From Curvularia clavata (Eukaryota): a DNA stretch of 64,000 bases. Location of the stretch: positions 248,001 to 312,000 of the forward strand of contig CP089277.1 of NCBI GenBank assembly GCA_023920165.1, read 5' to 3'. A program made the translations under genes and the position numbers. The first letter of the stretch is position 1. Each line of letters starts with the position of its first letter. The notes below the pieces were generated by a model. The model was not told where the DNA came from. It saw nothing but the letters and a program-made list of their open reading frames with translations, and searched no databases. Positions 25,001 through 38,669 of this stretch are shown in pieces.

Positions 25001-28000
25001 CCTCATCAGTTGGTCATGCACAAAGTCTTCGACAACATCGCCAACGTGATGAAGACCTCCAAGCAAGTGCACCACCGCTTCAAGACTGGGACTGACGAAT
25101 ACGTTCTGGAAAAAGAAGCCGAGGGACCCAAGGTGGTGCCAAAGATCTCACTGCGAAGCCGTGCACTCTTGTTTGAGTTAGAAGACAATGCCTTCGAATG
25201 GAAGCTTGGTACTATATACCGGATCGGACTAATGGAGCAAAAGCAAAGACTTGCTCGTGAGCATGCTTTCGACTTGAAAGTGCGAAAGATGCAAGAAGAG
25301 CAGCGTGGCAACTCACGTTTCCGTGCACGATCTTCTCACGATCCTAGTTCGAGGAACAAAGGGAAAAAGAGGGAAAAGGACGTCAAGTTCCATCGCAGAA
25401 CCAAGAGCGCAGGCTCCAGTGGCAACAGTTCACCAGAGCGTGGTCGTTCAGACCATCCTATGCGATATAACAAAGATGGCTTTAGCGGTCTAAGCGGTTC
25501 ACACCGTACTTCCATTCAAGATGCTCGTGTGAAGCTTAACCGCCTGAATGCCCAGACATGGAAGAAGCGTATCGATTGTGCCATGTCGAGTGAGCACCGT
25601 GCAATGAATGACATTCGCTCAACGTTTTGGGGTTTGGATGAGCTGCCGGACGACGTTGAGCAGAAGGAAACTATCCTAGCTGTTCCTCAGCGCCCAGCTC
25701 TCATGGCGCTAGCTATCAGTGATCTGGAGATAATCATTGACAAGCCCTCTTTTCCCATCTCAGAGTATCCTCGCTTCTTGAATCGGGTTGGAAAAGGCAT
25801 GCCATTCGATACACAGTATGCGCTACTGATACCAATGCACGTCCAGTTGCAAATGGGAGAAGCCAAGATCCACCTCCGAGATTACCCTCTGCCATTATTA
25901 CACTTCCCAGCTATTGGCAACATCCAGTCTTCGCGTCTCCCGAGTGTTATGATGAAGACAGATTTCGTCATAGCTGAAGAGCTTCGGGATATCGAGTCTA
26001 CACGAGTCAGTCGGGTTGTTGTTGTACCACAAGAACGTAACTCAGCAGGAGAACTCACAGGTGGCCTTGCAGTGGACGTTCGTCGCACTGTAGCGCCTGT
26101 GAAGACCTACTCTGACATGGCCATCGACATCAACTCGGCATATCCCACAAGGATCACTTGGGGCACGTCCTATCAGCCTGCAATCCAGGACATGATGCAA
26201 ATCATTGAAAACTTCACTAAACCTCCTGTAGATCCCTCGGAGCGTGTTGGATTCTGGGACAAGATCAGGCTAACATTTCACTCTCGGATCAATGTCTCAT
26301 GGAAAGGTGATGGCGATGTCCACCTAATTCTCAAAGGTTCACGAGACCCGTATATGGTCACTGGCCATGGCGCGGGTTTTGTCATGTGTTGGCAGAACGA
26401 TGTTCAACTTAGTCTCGCTGAGGATGAGGATCCTAGGAACTTCATGACTGTGAAGAGTGGAAGTTACGTGCTTGCAATTCCAGATCTTACACATTATGCC
26501 CGTCACGAGACTGAGACTGAAACGATGGCGCGTCCGGACACAGCCTCGAGTGTCTCCAGCCAAAAGCAGCGGGCTGTGTTCAAGAAGACCATCATGAAAC
26601 TGAACGGCAATGTAAAGTGGGTTGCGGGGCTGGTCTTTGAGCGTAACCTGGATGATGGCGAACGCTCTTTCAAGTTCATACCTCATTACCAGGTCACCTT
26701 GAAGAACCCAGAGTATGCCAAGCCCTCAAATGGAAAGGTAAGGACTGCATTTTCTCTTTTCGATAACAATATTGATGAAAAACCAGGAGTACGACGCTTT
26801 CCGAGGCTTCCGCAGTCACCACATCCACATGTCTATCGCCATTGCTGCTCCTCACGACCGGGAATGGTCTGTTGCTAACTTGGAACCATCGAAAACTTAT
26901 AACAGTGTTCATCTTTCGCCTCGCTTCTTCACCCATTTCTTCAGCTGGTGGTCCATGTTCTCTGGGGCTATGTCATTGCCTGTACGTCAAGGCAAGCTGT
27001 GGCCTGGGGTAGAGAAGTCTAGCAAAAAGTTTGGGCGACATCTTGCGACCATCAAGTATAACCTGTTGTTGTCACCACTCTATATGAGCCACATATACAA
27101 ACACAAAGACATGGAGGATTACGGCGCAGGAGTTGTTTCTGCCACTGGACTCAAAGCACGCCTAGACAGCTTCATGTTCGACCTGCATCAGCGACGAGAA
27201 GAATTCCGGACCTTGGTACAAGCACCGGAAGGCCAACAGAATAGTCGACAAAACCAAACCACTGGTATGCGCATAAACCAAGTCCAACTCGACTTCATTC
27301 GAACAGACATCCGTGCGGTGTCTGCAAGTATCACTGGAACTGGATCAGAAGATGTCGACAACCTGACCGCAGACGAGTTCAACAGCTACAATCAAGAGTA
27401 CCTTACAGCCGACCTTTCCAAGTTCAATATACCCGATAATGATCTAGGATGGGTAGATATGGACGATTTCATTGAACTTGGGTGGATCTTACCTTCGCGT
27501 CGACATCCTGAAATACAGATCCTACCCCTTGCTTTTGCACCGCGATTTACATACTTCCGCCAGACTGATCACAATAACAACATTTCTGGCGACGAACACA
27601 GAACGAGTGCGTTTGGAAATGAGCCTACTCATCATTGCGTTATTTCAGCACGGAACGACCCACGACGGGTACAGTTTTACCTGATTGAGCAACGAATTGA
27701 GCGTGTGAAAGAACAGATCGCACACAATCAGCGCGCTGTCAACGATCAAGAGCTTCGACTTATACGCGTGACGTCAGATGAGCAGGAGGAGACTCAGCAA
27801 CGCCTCGACACGTTGAAAAACCACACGCAATTCCTCCAACGGAAACTTGAGTTTCTATCCACAATGCACGCCAGTCTATTGGAGCGGTTGGGTACCGCAT
27901 CTTCGGACAGTGAGGCTCCTAAGCAGGAGGCAGATGGGGAAGACGAATATTTTGATGCAGATGGGGATCAGGAGGCATCAGACGCAGACAGCAAACATCC

Positions 28001-31000
28001 GGCCGCTCCTCCTAATCCAATCAATGACTCAACGAATGAGTTCAACAATCGCTTCATCATTCACAACATTCACTTGAAATGGAGCAACTCGCTACGCAAC
28101 ATCATTCTTCGTTATATTCATCAGGTTAGCCAGCGTCGTGGTTTTGTCTACTACATGTCTCGAAAGGCTGTCAAATTCATTCTGGACGTTGTCGAAGAGC
28201 AAGAAAAGAAACGAGGGCCGTCACATAATTCGACTCATGAGACTCCTCTGACAGCCGATAGTGATGATGGGATGAACATTGATGAGGCTATTGAGCAGTT
28301 GCTGCACGATGGCAAGAAATTTGTCAATGCTGATGAGGAGGACGCCAAGAGCAACATTCCGTCTGGACCTGGGACAGGGCCTGATGGTGTGCAAGCAAAC
28401 GCCTCGAAAACAGACGAGGATGTTGCAGATGATTACGTATCCCAGAACTCGTATCTTGTCCGTCTTATCGCACCTCAAATACAGCTGCAAAGCGAAAAAG
28501 ACACCAAATCTGCTGTGCTCGTCACAGCGAAGGGCATTCAGCTCAAGGTGCTTTCAATCATGGACAAGAATCGGGTAATGGATGAGGTTTCAGGTCTAGT
28601 TCAGCGAAGATTCATCACGGCCATGGACAGTCTGCAGATCTTTGTCACAAACTCGAAGACCTTTAGCAGTGCGGACGACATTCACATGTACTCTGGAAGC
28701 AACTACGGGTCGCCTGCTGGCTCCGCATGGCCCCCTTGGGTGCCTTTTGAGGTCATGTTTGAATTCCACACAAATCCGTTTGGGTTCCAGCGAGTCGTCC
28801 AGCGTACATCAGCCAGCATGCGATATGACAAGTACAACGCTCTGCGTCTCAAGTACAACGATGATGTTTCGGCAGCTGACTCTGAGTCCTCCACCGATCA
28901 CACAGAAAGCAGGATTGACCACCTATGGGTAGACTTCCCACATGTACGAGCTATGTGCGATTCCAGGCAATACTACGCCATGTATGTCATCGTACTTGAT
29001 CTATTGCTGTACCATGAACCACTTGAGAAGACGCGCAACGAGCGACTTGAAAAGATCATGCTAGCATCAGATTTCACCGATCTTGCTGGGGCACCAAAAC
29101 TCGTCATGGGCCTCCAGGAGCGTATCCAACAACTCGAAGAGATCAAGACTGTATTCCAGATCAACGAGAAGTACTTGGACAAGCAAGGATGGGAAGATCG
29201 TATTGAAGTGGAGAAAGACCTGGCTGTGTACGAGGACGAGCTGTTTTTCGTCATGAAAGCTATCACTACTGCACAGCGCAAGCAAGATGATCGTTCACAG
29301 GCAAATGAGTCGACAGGTCTTCTGAGGATGTACGTCTCGGCATCGGACATTGTGTGGCATCTCCTGCGTGAGGGTGCGGAGTCTTTGGCGGAGTTCCAGC
29401 TCAAGAACGTGGTGTTTGATCGAACTGACAACAACGACGGATCCAATGCGAACTCAATGGAGATTGAACAAGTCCGCGGTCTGAACCTGCTGCCAAATGC
29501 ACTGTATCCGGAAATGATCTCACCTTTCCTCGAGAAAGACCAAACTCTTCCAGAAAACGCCAAATGTCTCAAATTGTACTTCGTCGCCCTGGAATCTATC
29601 GCAGGAATTCCTGTGGTGGAGCATTTTGAGGTCGAACTTTACCCTCTCAAAGTCCAACTGGAGTATCAAATAGGTAAGAAGCTGCTCCAGTACGTCTTCC
29701 CGACATACGGAGACAATAAAACGACTACGACGTCGCCGTTCTTGCTTAAACATACTTTGCCGTCGCAGGACCAAGGTGACGACGATGATCATCTTACTTC
29801 TAGCAAAGCCAGCAGCATGGGCGCATCGCTATCGACTGATGATGGCGCCGTGGAGGCTCTGAAGCAACGACTTACTCCAACACTGCAGCTCCCTGATCGA
29901 TCACAGAAGAATGATGCCAAGAAGAAAAGCCCGCCGAAGAGGCCAAGCGCACACTACTTCCGTTTCTTCCGCGACACCCCGTCTCGCAGTGGGACTGAAA
30001 TTCATCGATCACTTCATCCGAGCTCAGCTCTCAGTGTTCCCACGCTTGCCAGTAGTTCGTCTCTGCCATCCAGGCCAAGCTCTGTTCGATCGAGTACCAA
30101 CTCAAGCCTGACGTTGAACGATTCTGAACGCACTGGCAAACGTTTCGCACTCTATCGTACCGGTACTAGCATGACTGAGAGGCGTACGAACAAGAAAGAA
30201 GTAAGGAACGATGACCTCACGGAGATGATGAATCGCGCGAGTGAGTTTATGACCATCGCCTACTTCAAAGTGCCGTCCATGGTCCTTTGCCTCTCGTACA
30301 AGGGCAAGAGTTCACGCAATTTTGAAGACGTCCACGATCTCGTTTTCCGTATGCCCACTATCGAGTACCGCAACAAGACTTGGTCGAACCTAGACCTCGT
30401 TACACAACTCAAAAAAGACGTCCTCAGAGCACTCCTTTCGCATGCAGGTACCATTGTTGGCAACAAGATCTCGCACCACCGTCCTTCAGCCAAGGCGCAA
30501 TCGCGACTCCGGCAGATTGCAAACAGTAGCACATTGCTCAACACATCACCCGATTTGTCAGGCGCAGAGTCCAACTCCATGCGCGATCAGTCTCCGGGCG
30601 GGGGATCCGATGTCTCTGGGGAAAACCACACCGGCCGTCGATCGTTCGCTTCTGGTCGTCAAGGCAGCACGATCAGCGCCGTCTCAGAAGAAGGCTCGTC
30701 ATTCTACTCATCCAAGCCCCCATCGACATCCAATCAGGCGCGCTCCACACACGGCTCCATCATGGGTGGCCTCTCAAGCCATCATACTGCTGTCGACGTG
30801 GAAGACGGCAGAGCTTTTGCAGACGAACTATCCAGAGTAGATAATACGGAGCCCGTACATGCGAATCTCATTCACAGCCTAAGCAGACACATTGCGGGCG
30901 TGAGCGCACCTTTTGCAGGACACATGCGAGCACGAGCGAACAGCGGAGCGGCCAGTACCAAGGCGGCGAGCGTAGCAACTGCTCTGAGCAATTCCAAAGA

Positions 31001-31136
31001 CAAGGACAAAGAGGATGTGGGAATGGCACCTGATGACGAGGTGGGCGTCGCGGCTGGTCTTGGTATTGGAGGCGACGGACCGAAAACCAAAAAGGCAAAA
31101 GCGTTGGGTAAGAAGTTGCTGGGAAGGAGTGGCTAG
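22097..31136 (+). CDS. FMP27: Bridge-like lipid transfer protein BLTP2/Hobbit (Fmp27/Hob1 ortholog); 2 exons, ~2996 aa
   Basis: N-terminal TM anchor then RIATGVSIQRLG. Diagnostic GFWDK, FFSWW, WPPW and RNKTWSNLDL (Apt1-type C-terminus) motifs. Intron 26738-26786 joins the 1593-aa and 1454-aa ORFs. Confidence 0.95.
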
Positions 31137-31653
31137 ATTACCACGCCTAATATGTCGTCGGCGCATGAAGGACTTTGCCTCTGAGCACATACTCTTATTT
31201 CTTTATTTCACCACATGCCCCCCCACCACCCTTTTTTTTCTACACATAAACGTTTCAAATTCGGGTTTGGCGCAAGAGCGGCTGGAGGGAATTTTCTGAA
31301 AGAGAAAGACGTACTTAGATGGGGCGTGGTAGGTGTGGCGTACATGCAGTCTTTCGCTTTTTTTTTCCTTTATTATCTTTCTCCTCTGTCTCTATTCTCT
31401 TTGTATATAGTTTAATCTGAGCCTTTGGGCATTTGGGAGGACTAGATCACATGGATAAGCGTACGAGAGAGAGAATGTGTGGTTTCCTCTGTTCGATGGA
31501 AAAGTTCAAGTAACTTTATTTATAGAAAAGGAGGTTTATACATGAAAATTATAAAATCAATATTCGACAATTCCATCTACACGCTTCAATGGTTGAGAAT
31601 ATGGTATATCCTGTATTACTTGGATGCGGCTGGCTTCCCTATTACTACATACA

Positions 31654-33753
31654 CTAAGCCTTCTTCCCGTCGTGCTGATTCTCTTTCTCCTTCTTCTCCT
31701 TCTCCTTTTCCTTGTGCAATTCCGGGTTAAGCGGCTGTTTTGGGTCATAGCCTACTCTTTTCACAATGCCGAGGCCTTTTGTCCTGCCTTCGCGGAAGAG
31801 AATGCGATCACCTACGGTGAGATACTCTGGGCGCTGAACAAAGCGGAAAGCAACCTGGGCGCGGTCTCCAGTTCGAATGTACTGGCGATCGATATCGATG
31901 ATGGCGCAGGTTTGGGACACAGGACCCACGTGCAGCATAGCTTGGTACTTGGTCTTGATGGTGGTTGCGTGGGATAGGATCAAGACCTCGGCGACGAACT
32001 CGCGGTAGACCTTGGGATTCGGGATGATGCCGGTTGCTGGGTCTGGCTTGTCGGGTTTGTGTAGGACGACCATGCCTTTGCGTACGTCCTTTCGGCGGAC
32101 GTTTCGCAGCGCAAGACTGGCGGACTGACCGGCAGAACATCCAGGCACTTGTATTCGCTTGCGCTCGATAGATCGTACTTTAGTTGTTTGGAATTGGCCT
32201 AAGCTGTCGGGGCCAATCAAGACGGTGTCACCCGTGTGTATGACTCCTGACTTTACGACGCCTGACACGACGGTGCCGACGAAGGGCACTGAGAATGTGT
32301 CGTTAACATGAAACTCCAACGCCGCAGAGCTGTCGTAATTGCCGTGATGCGGGAGAGCGTTGAGGAACATGCGAACCAGGTCAAGGTTATGGCCAGTGAC
32401 GTTGGATACCTGGAAGATGGGACATATCCGGCTCGATACAAACTGCGTGGCAGTATTTATGCACTCCTCTCTATTTTTGATAAAGATTGGTATCTTGTGT
32501 GCGCCAGGCGACTTGAGAATCTTGGTCAGCTGCGTAATGGTCTGCTCGAGAATCTGAGGCGGGCAAATGTCGATTTTGGTAATGACTACCATGACCGGTA
32601 CTTTCATGGCGAGCGCGATACCCAAATGTTCCCTATGTGGATTAGTATAGGGAAAATAGCATAGAGAGCACAATTAAAACGTACTTGCTCATGCCAATCA
32701 GGCCATTATTTGCTGCAATCATCAGTAAACAGTAGTTGGGTTCGCTAGATAGCAGGCCGAACACGGTGGTGCGCAGGTACCGCTCGTGTCCCGCAAGATC
32801 AGAGAAGCTGATGACTTTCGCCTGTAGAAGTCAGAACTGATGTACAGACCGTGGCAGTTAGAGCTTACCGATCGCCGCCCAATCTCCTCCCATGTGAGTT
32901 TTCGACCCGGGACGTTGGACACTACTACCTCGCTCTTGCTATCGAAACCCATTATCTCCATACCAACGGAGCTAGTTCGCCCGCTTTCAATTTCGTGTTT
33001 GTGGCGGAATAGATTGACACGTGCTTTTCCACGGCCGTCGTCGAGGCCGCCCTTGACCAAGACACCTAGCATTGTGCTCTTGCCCGCGTCAACTGTATTC
33101 CGTCAGCTTTGTGCTTTTCCACTTATTCCAACACGACTCACCATTGCCCACGACTGCTATCCTCGTTTCGATTACATCGTCGACACTCTCCGGTCGTCTG
33201 CGCAATATCATCTTTCCGCTGCACCCTGTATCTTTTGCATCGCGGGGGCCGACCTCTATGTCACCACCAATATTTCTTGTCATGAGCATCTTGTAGTCGG
33301 CCTTGATCAGCTCGCACACGGCGTCTATTCTCTGCAAAGCAAACTCCCAAACGTCCTTGGTAAAGCCCATGGAGTCGCCGGTGTCTTCCAAACCAACATC
33401 AAACAAGACCTCGCCGTGCCCTTCAGCAAGGCGGTCCTTGATATGCTCGGCGAGAGCGGCGACATTCTCCTCTGCGGGGTCTGAAAGAAGTGTCTTGAGA
33501 CGAATATGTGATTTGTTGTCGTCGGAGAGGCCCAATTCGTCCAGAACGCTCAGCTCGTCGTGGTCTTCGAGGACGGCGGGGGATTGGCCTGGAGGTCGGC
33601 GCAACGCCTGTTGCTTCTCTACGTAGTCGGCGAATTCGCTCAAGGCCTAGGGTAGCAAGTCAGGAGAGGTATACAGGTCGCAGAGTGGCGACTTACAGAC
33701 TCGCCCTTGCGCCGCTCAGCTGGGCTCTGTTTGGGCTCGTGTCGTGATGCCAT
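31654..33753 (-). CDS. GTPBP1: GTP-binding protein 1 (GTPBP1/GP-1 family translational GTPase); 5 exons, ~633 aa
   Basis: Introns 33647-33696, 33093-33141, 32822-32868 and 32633-32684. Motifs [33 protein letters not shown] and C-terminal [10 protein letters not shown]. Confidence 0.93.
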
Positions 33754-34301
33754 GGTTTATGGGATGGAAGGGTGGAAGATGGGATGAAAGCAGTAGGTCA
33801 GCGCAAGGTCCGCCGTATTAACAAGACGATTGGTATTCGGGATATTCGAGCGGTATGTGAAAGTTCCATGAGTTGTCTTGCCGGGAGCATTGAAGGGTGG
33901 CGTGTGCTGGATGACGCTGAACAGTGGATGATGCTAGCTAAGGGAAATCCGGGGTCGGGCGGCCACTTAAGCTACTTCCCTATCGATAGACATGACGCTG
34001 ACACTCGACATGACACTGACTCACCCCTCCGACACAGCCGCCACTCGCAAGGCTACCACGCTCAGTTTCCTCATTTCACAGTCATCTGGAGTGGAGATGC
34101 GCCCCTAATTCGCGCATCCTCCTTGCGCATCCTACTCTGACCGGTGCCAAGAAGGGCGCAAACACGAACACGACACGACATTCACCGCTGGGAGCCAGCC
34201 GAGGCAGAAACACGACACTATTCCAGGAAATATGGAGAAGATTCATAAATTGTGTTGCGTCATGTGACTTATTCATACATCTAATCTTACACTTCGATTC
34301 C

Positions 34302-35855
34302 TCACGAAGCTGCGGCGGTGGTGGCGGCGACCCCACGTTCGCTGCAGTACTTGGCAACCTCCTTCTGCAATGTCTCTCGCTGGTTGTTGACAACCTCCAT
34401 AATGTCACTAACTCCATTGACCGTCTTGCAGTACTCAAATGTATCGGCCATTTGCATAAGGACCGCCGTGAGCTGGTTTGGCAGCCACTGTCACCAGTTA
34501 GCAGAGTGTTTAGACAGAAGCAAGGCTCAAAACTTACTGTTACAATCGGGCTTCCACCGGTCGCGGTAGGGTGCGCTGTGTGCTTGAGAATGTATTCGCG
34601 CGTGAAGCACCAGTGCCGCCAGCGGAAGTCACGAACTTGGTCAAGAGCTTGGAGGTAGAGAGCGGCTGAGATGGAATCGCCCTTTGCAAACTCGCGCACG
34701 CCAGCTTGTTCAGCTGAATCGCGCACCGCCTCAAGGAACTCGCGGTGGTTTCCAGGCCTGTACTGGCGGAAGTCTTTGAGAATGTCTGTGAGAGGTGTCT
34801 CGGGCATCTGCACTTGTAGCAGGTTGTCACACATAGGAATCATGCTGTCGTTGGCACCAGACTCGCCGCGGAATGACATTGGCTCTTCGCTCACACCCTC
34901 GTAGATGACGCCATTGGGGAACATAGACTGTGATGTGATGCCGAAGATGAATGTGCGGAAGTTTGTGTACCCTTGAGGCTTGCTACGATTCCACATAGCT
35001 GTCACCGTTAGGAGTTGATAGTCTGAGTAAAGCGGCTCACTTACTGTTCATGACTGCGTTGACTTTGCTCAATCCACTCACTAGTGTTCGCAGACCATCG
35101 TTGAAAGCCTCTCGATCACGCGCCATGCAGCTCTCAATCATGTCCGCTGCGCCCTTGACAAGGGCACCAGACTCCTTTACCATGGCAATGTGGACCAGCA
35201 CGAAGCCTGCCTCTGACGAAGTAGGATCTAGACCATGCTCAAAAGCACGAATCAGCCGAAGGTTGTCGTACTCGAGGCCACGAGAAGGGTCTTCAAGGCG
35301 GTAGTTGAAGAGAGCATAGGAGCCTGCGTATTCCATGAATGGCTTGAACCCGGCACTACGTGCACACTTGTGTCAGCCAGGGGCAAAGGATGATATAAGC
35401 AAGCAGAATACTCACATTTCAGCTACCTTAACAATAGGTAGTGCAATGCATCTTGGCAGTGATTGACGACCTAGGCCATACGCCTCACCCTTCACATGCC
35501 TTTCGTGGCAAGGTTCAAAGAGGTAAGCAGAAGCCAAGAAGGAGTAGTCTCGGTACAGTGCGTTCATGACGACAAGATCATGACTGTACTTCTCTACCTC
35601 AGGAGTGAGGTCAGGTAGCTCCTTGAGCAGGGTGTCGCCAAAGGTAAAGTTGGCAAGAAGACCTGGCTCCCCTGACAGTGTCTTGATGGGCATGCGCTGC
35701 AAGAGGGACTCAAGAGGGGCAAACTCCTTTGGAAGCTCAACAATGGGCTCTTGACGAGGGAGAAAGCCTCGTGTAGTAGACACCATGAAAGCAGGGAGAG
35801 AGTGGTCATCAGGACGAGTGTCCTTCAGGACAGGAAAGTCAAAGGTAGAAGACAT
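34302..35855 (-). CDS. Indoleamine 2,3-dioxygenase family heme protein, probably IDO-gamma/IdoC type; 4 exons, ~465 aa
   Basis: Motifs RGFLP, SEAGFVLVH, FRGESGANDS, FRQYRPGNH, FRWRHW and TGGSPIVTWLPNQ. Introns 35356-35415, 34999-35044 and 34488-34537. TGA at 34302. Confidence 0.92.
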
Positions 35856-36041
35856 GACTGAAGAGAGAAAGTAAGAATAAACACAAATGATGATTGGAAT
35901 TCAATCACAGAGGAATCTGGACTGGTTGCCAGTTGTTGGTGTTGGTGTGGAATAGAAACACCTCAAAAGGCGGGCTCAACGCACGCTTATATCTCGTGGC
36001 CGGAATCAAAACCGGCCACGGAAAGGTACCGGCCTCACCAA

Positions 36042-36398
36042 GATAAGATGTACGTAATGGCTGGATCACTTGTCTTTATCTGCAGAGTTTGACCCGGAGA
36101 CATCCTTTGATGCCCGGCTAAGATTCCCCACGTCCTCCAGCGTTCCCAGATCGAGTTGCGACGGTCGGCTCGTCGTCGCCAAGACTGGAGATGGTGGACA
36201 GTGAGGGTTGAGGCGGCGCAACGAGGGCGTCCAGTATAGATCTACCAGGCGATAAAAATTCCATTCTTCTTTGGAATCGATCTTTTGAGAGAAAATTACA
36301 TATTGAGTTGGGGGATGTGATTAATAGCGCAGTGTTGCATCTATTCACGCTGTACGATAAGACCACGAACAGCAGATGGATAATGGAGAACGCGATAA
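36042..36398. promoter_or_regulatory. Cluster of six GATAA elements upstream of the IDO gene (candidate GATA-factor sites)
   Basis: GATAA at 36042, 36251, 36356, 36379 and 36394, plus TTATC at 36076. Confidence 0.4.
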
Positions 36399-37401
36399 CT
36401 GCATCTCATCAGTGGATCGTTTCAACAACAATGCATATTTGGTTCTACGGATACTACACGTAGCTTTGGCTACCTTCCACATCCCAACTTGTCATTGTCA
36501 ATGGCAACGCAAAGACATGGTGACTTGTCTTTGTACCATGATTTCACCCTTCGGTCCGACTTTCAATATCCACACACCGCAAACACCCAACCTAGCAAAA
36601 TACAAATCAACCCTCTAATCAAGCAGAAATGACACGAGGCCCAAGTTTACTTTTTGCTGGTGCGTTGAAGAAAAGTCACCTGGCACCCTAGCTCAGCGCA
36701 AGAACAAAACATCGATGCACTTCCCATTCAGAGACCAACTATACGATAGGCGCCAGCGGCTCTCGGCTGTGGAGCCAGCCAAAATAGCGCCGAAGAGACC
36801 CCGCAAGGCGCGCCCAACTTCCGGCCTTTGGTACCATAAAATTCCGGCCTCGTATTTCTCTTGGTCACGACCAATGGGATTGGCGTTAGGCTAGTAAGCT
36901 TGACTGCGTTGGTCTGAACGGTGGAAAAGGTACTAGTGCATGGCTGCTTTGGGGATGCTTTCTTGCAAGTGGTGTTGTGGGGGATTATGGGGATTGTAGA
37001 TTGCTAGCAGATAATTCACGTATGTGCAAGTAAACTAGAGGCAGAAAGGCTATTTGTCCTGATATCCCCTGTAGAGTGTCGAGAAGAGAGTCGGATGGTG
37101 GTAATGACAGTCATGCCTCGATTGGGTAATCCACAACAGGTAATTGGCGAGAACAACACCTCCAAGCAATGCAGCGACAAGCAATTACACATCAAAACCT
37201 CACGTACGATTCATGACCACCACTCGTGGCATCCCACCTACCGATCATCTCTTCAACGTAAACTAGATTGCCGCTTGTAAGCGAACCCCGCGCCTTTGTT
37301 CCCACCGTCCCGTGATCACGAGACAACATCACCCGTGCATTCCATAGCTGTTGCCAACACATTCGGTCCAGCCAATCAGCAGCGCCGAATAAACCCAAGC
37401 T

Positions 37402-38493
37402 ATGACAACTACAAGCGATGCTCCATCGACTCTCTACCCCAAGATCACATCGCACATATCTGAAGTCGTCGACAGCCTGCTAGCTCTGAATCGCGACCCC
37501 GAAAGCCCAGAATCTGAAGTTTCCATCGCGCCCATTCCCATCATCGGGACCGTTAAGCTTCACGGCACCCATGGCGACATTCTCATCTATCATGACAATA
37601 CAATCGTGTTCCAATCTCGCAACACGGTGGGTCTTTCCGCCCTAAAAGATAACCAGGGCTTCGCAGCTGCCATGTCCGATAAGACCACCACTCTACTCCG
37701 ACTCCGCGACTCCTGTGTCTCCCGTTGGCGTGAATTACATCCGAACAGTCTGTTGTGTGAAACCTACCCCGTGATCCTCGCTGGCGAGTGGATCGGTACC
37801 AAGATCCAAAAAGATGTCGCTGTATCCCAGCTCTCACGGCGCTTCGTCATTGTGTCACTGAGCATCAACGCAGAGTGGCAAAAGGATCAGGACTACGCTG
37901 ACAATGAGGCGCCGGAGCACGACGTGTATAACATCTGTCAAGCAGGCGTCTTCCATGCTACGCTCTACCCGCACGATGTCGAACGCACAGCTGCTGACGT
38001 GGAGCAGCTGGCCGAGCAGGTCGCTGCAAAGTGTCCATTTGCACGGCTATTTGGAGTTGATAGCGCAGGAGAAGGAATTGTGTGGAAACTTTGTTCGGAG
38101 TCTGAGACGTACCATGCGTCTCCTGCACTGTGGTTCAAGACCAAAGGTGGAAAGTTTAAGCAGAGTTCCTACCAGGCGCCTAGGCGGCGAATAGAGAAGA
38201 ACATAGGTGATAGAGAAGATAAAGAAGCGAGGCGGAAAGAGGCGGAGAAAGCGGCCCAATCGTGGTGCGGGACACTGCGCTTGGAGCAGGGCTGGGATGT
38301 GCTGAGGGAAAAGGGGATTAAGAGGGATGCACAGGGGCTAGGAGCGTTCTTGACGTGGGTACAGCAGGATATCTTGATAGAAGAGAAGACTATTATACAG
38401 CATGTGGAGATGGATGAAGTAATGTTGAAGAAGGAGATTGCGAAGATTGCGAGACCGTGGTATAAAGCAAGGGTGAGGGATGGCATCGAGTAA
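37402..38493 (+). CDS. RNA ligase 2 (T4 Rnl2-like) ATP-dependent RNA ligase; intronless, 363 aa
   Basis: Nucleotidyltransferase motifs in order: I KLHGTH, Ia FQSRN, III LAGEWIG, IV GEGIVW, V FKTK. Rnl2-type C-domain (LRLEQG...QQDILIEE). Confidence 0.85.
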   Translation: MTTTSDAPSTLYPKITSHISEVVDSLLALNRDPESPESEVSIAPIPIIGTVKLHGTHGDILIYHDNTIVFQSRNTVGLSALKDNQGFAAAMSDKTTTLLRLRDSCVSRWRELHPNSLLCETYPVILAGEWIGTKIQKDVAVSQLSRRFVIVSLSINAEWQKDQDYADNEAPEHDVYNICQAGVFHATLYPHDVERTAADVEQLAEQVAAKCPFARLFGVDSAGEGIVWKLCSESETYHASPALWFKTKGGKFKQSSYQAPRRRIEKNIGDREDKEARRKEAEKAAQSWCGTLRLEQGWDVLREKGIKRDAQGLGAFLTWVQQDILIEEKTIIQHVEMDEVMLKKEIAKIARPWYKARVRDGIE

Positions 38494-38669
38494 AAGCAAG
38501 GAAAATCTTGGAACTATACGAATGCGTCTATAAGGATTAAAAATTACGATGTCAACGAAGAGCAGAAAAAGAGTCAGAAACTATGGAAACCCATTCCCCA
38601 CACACAACTACATCCATCCTCACTCACTCCTTCTCTCTATAACAACTCCATGCATCTTATACACACCCT

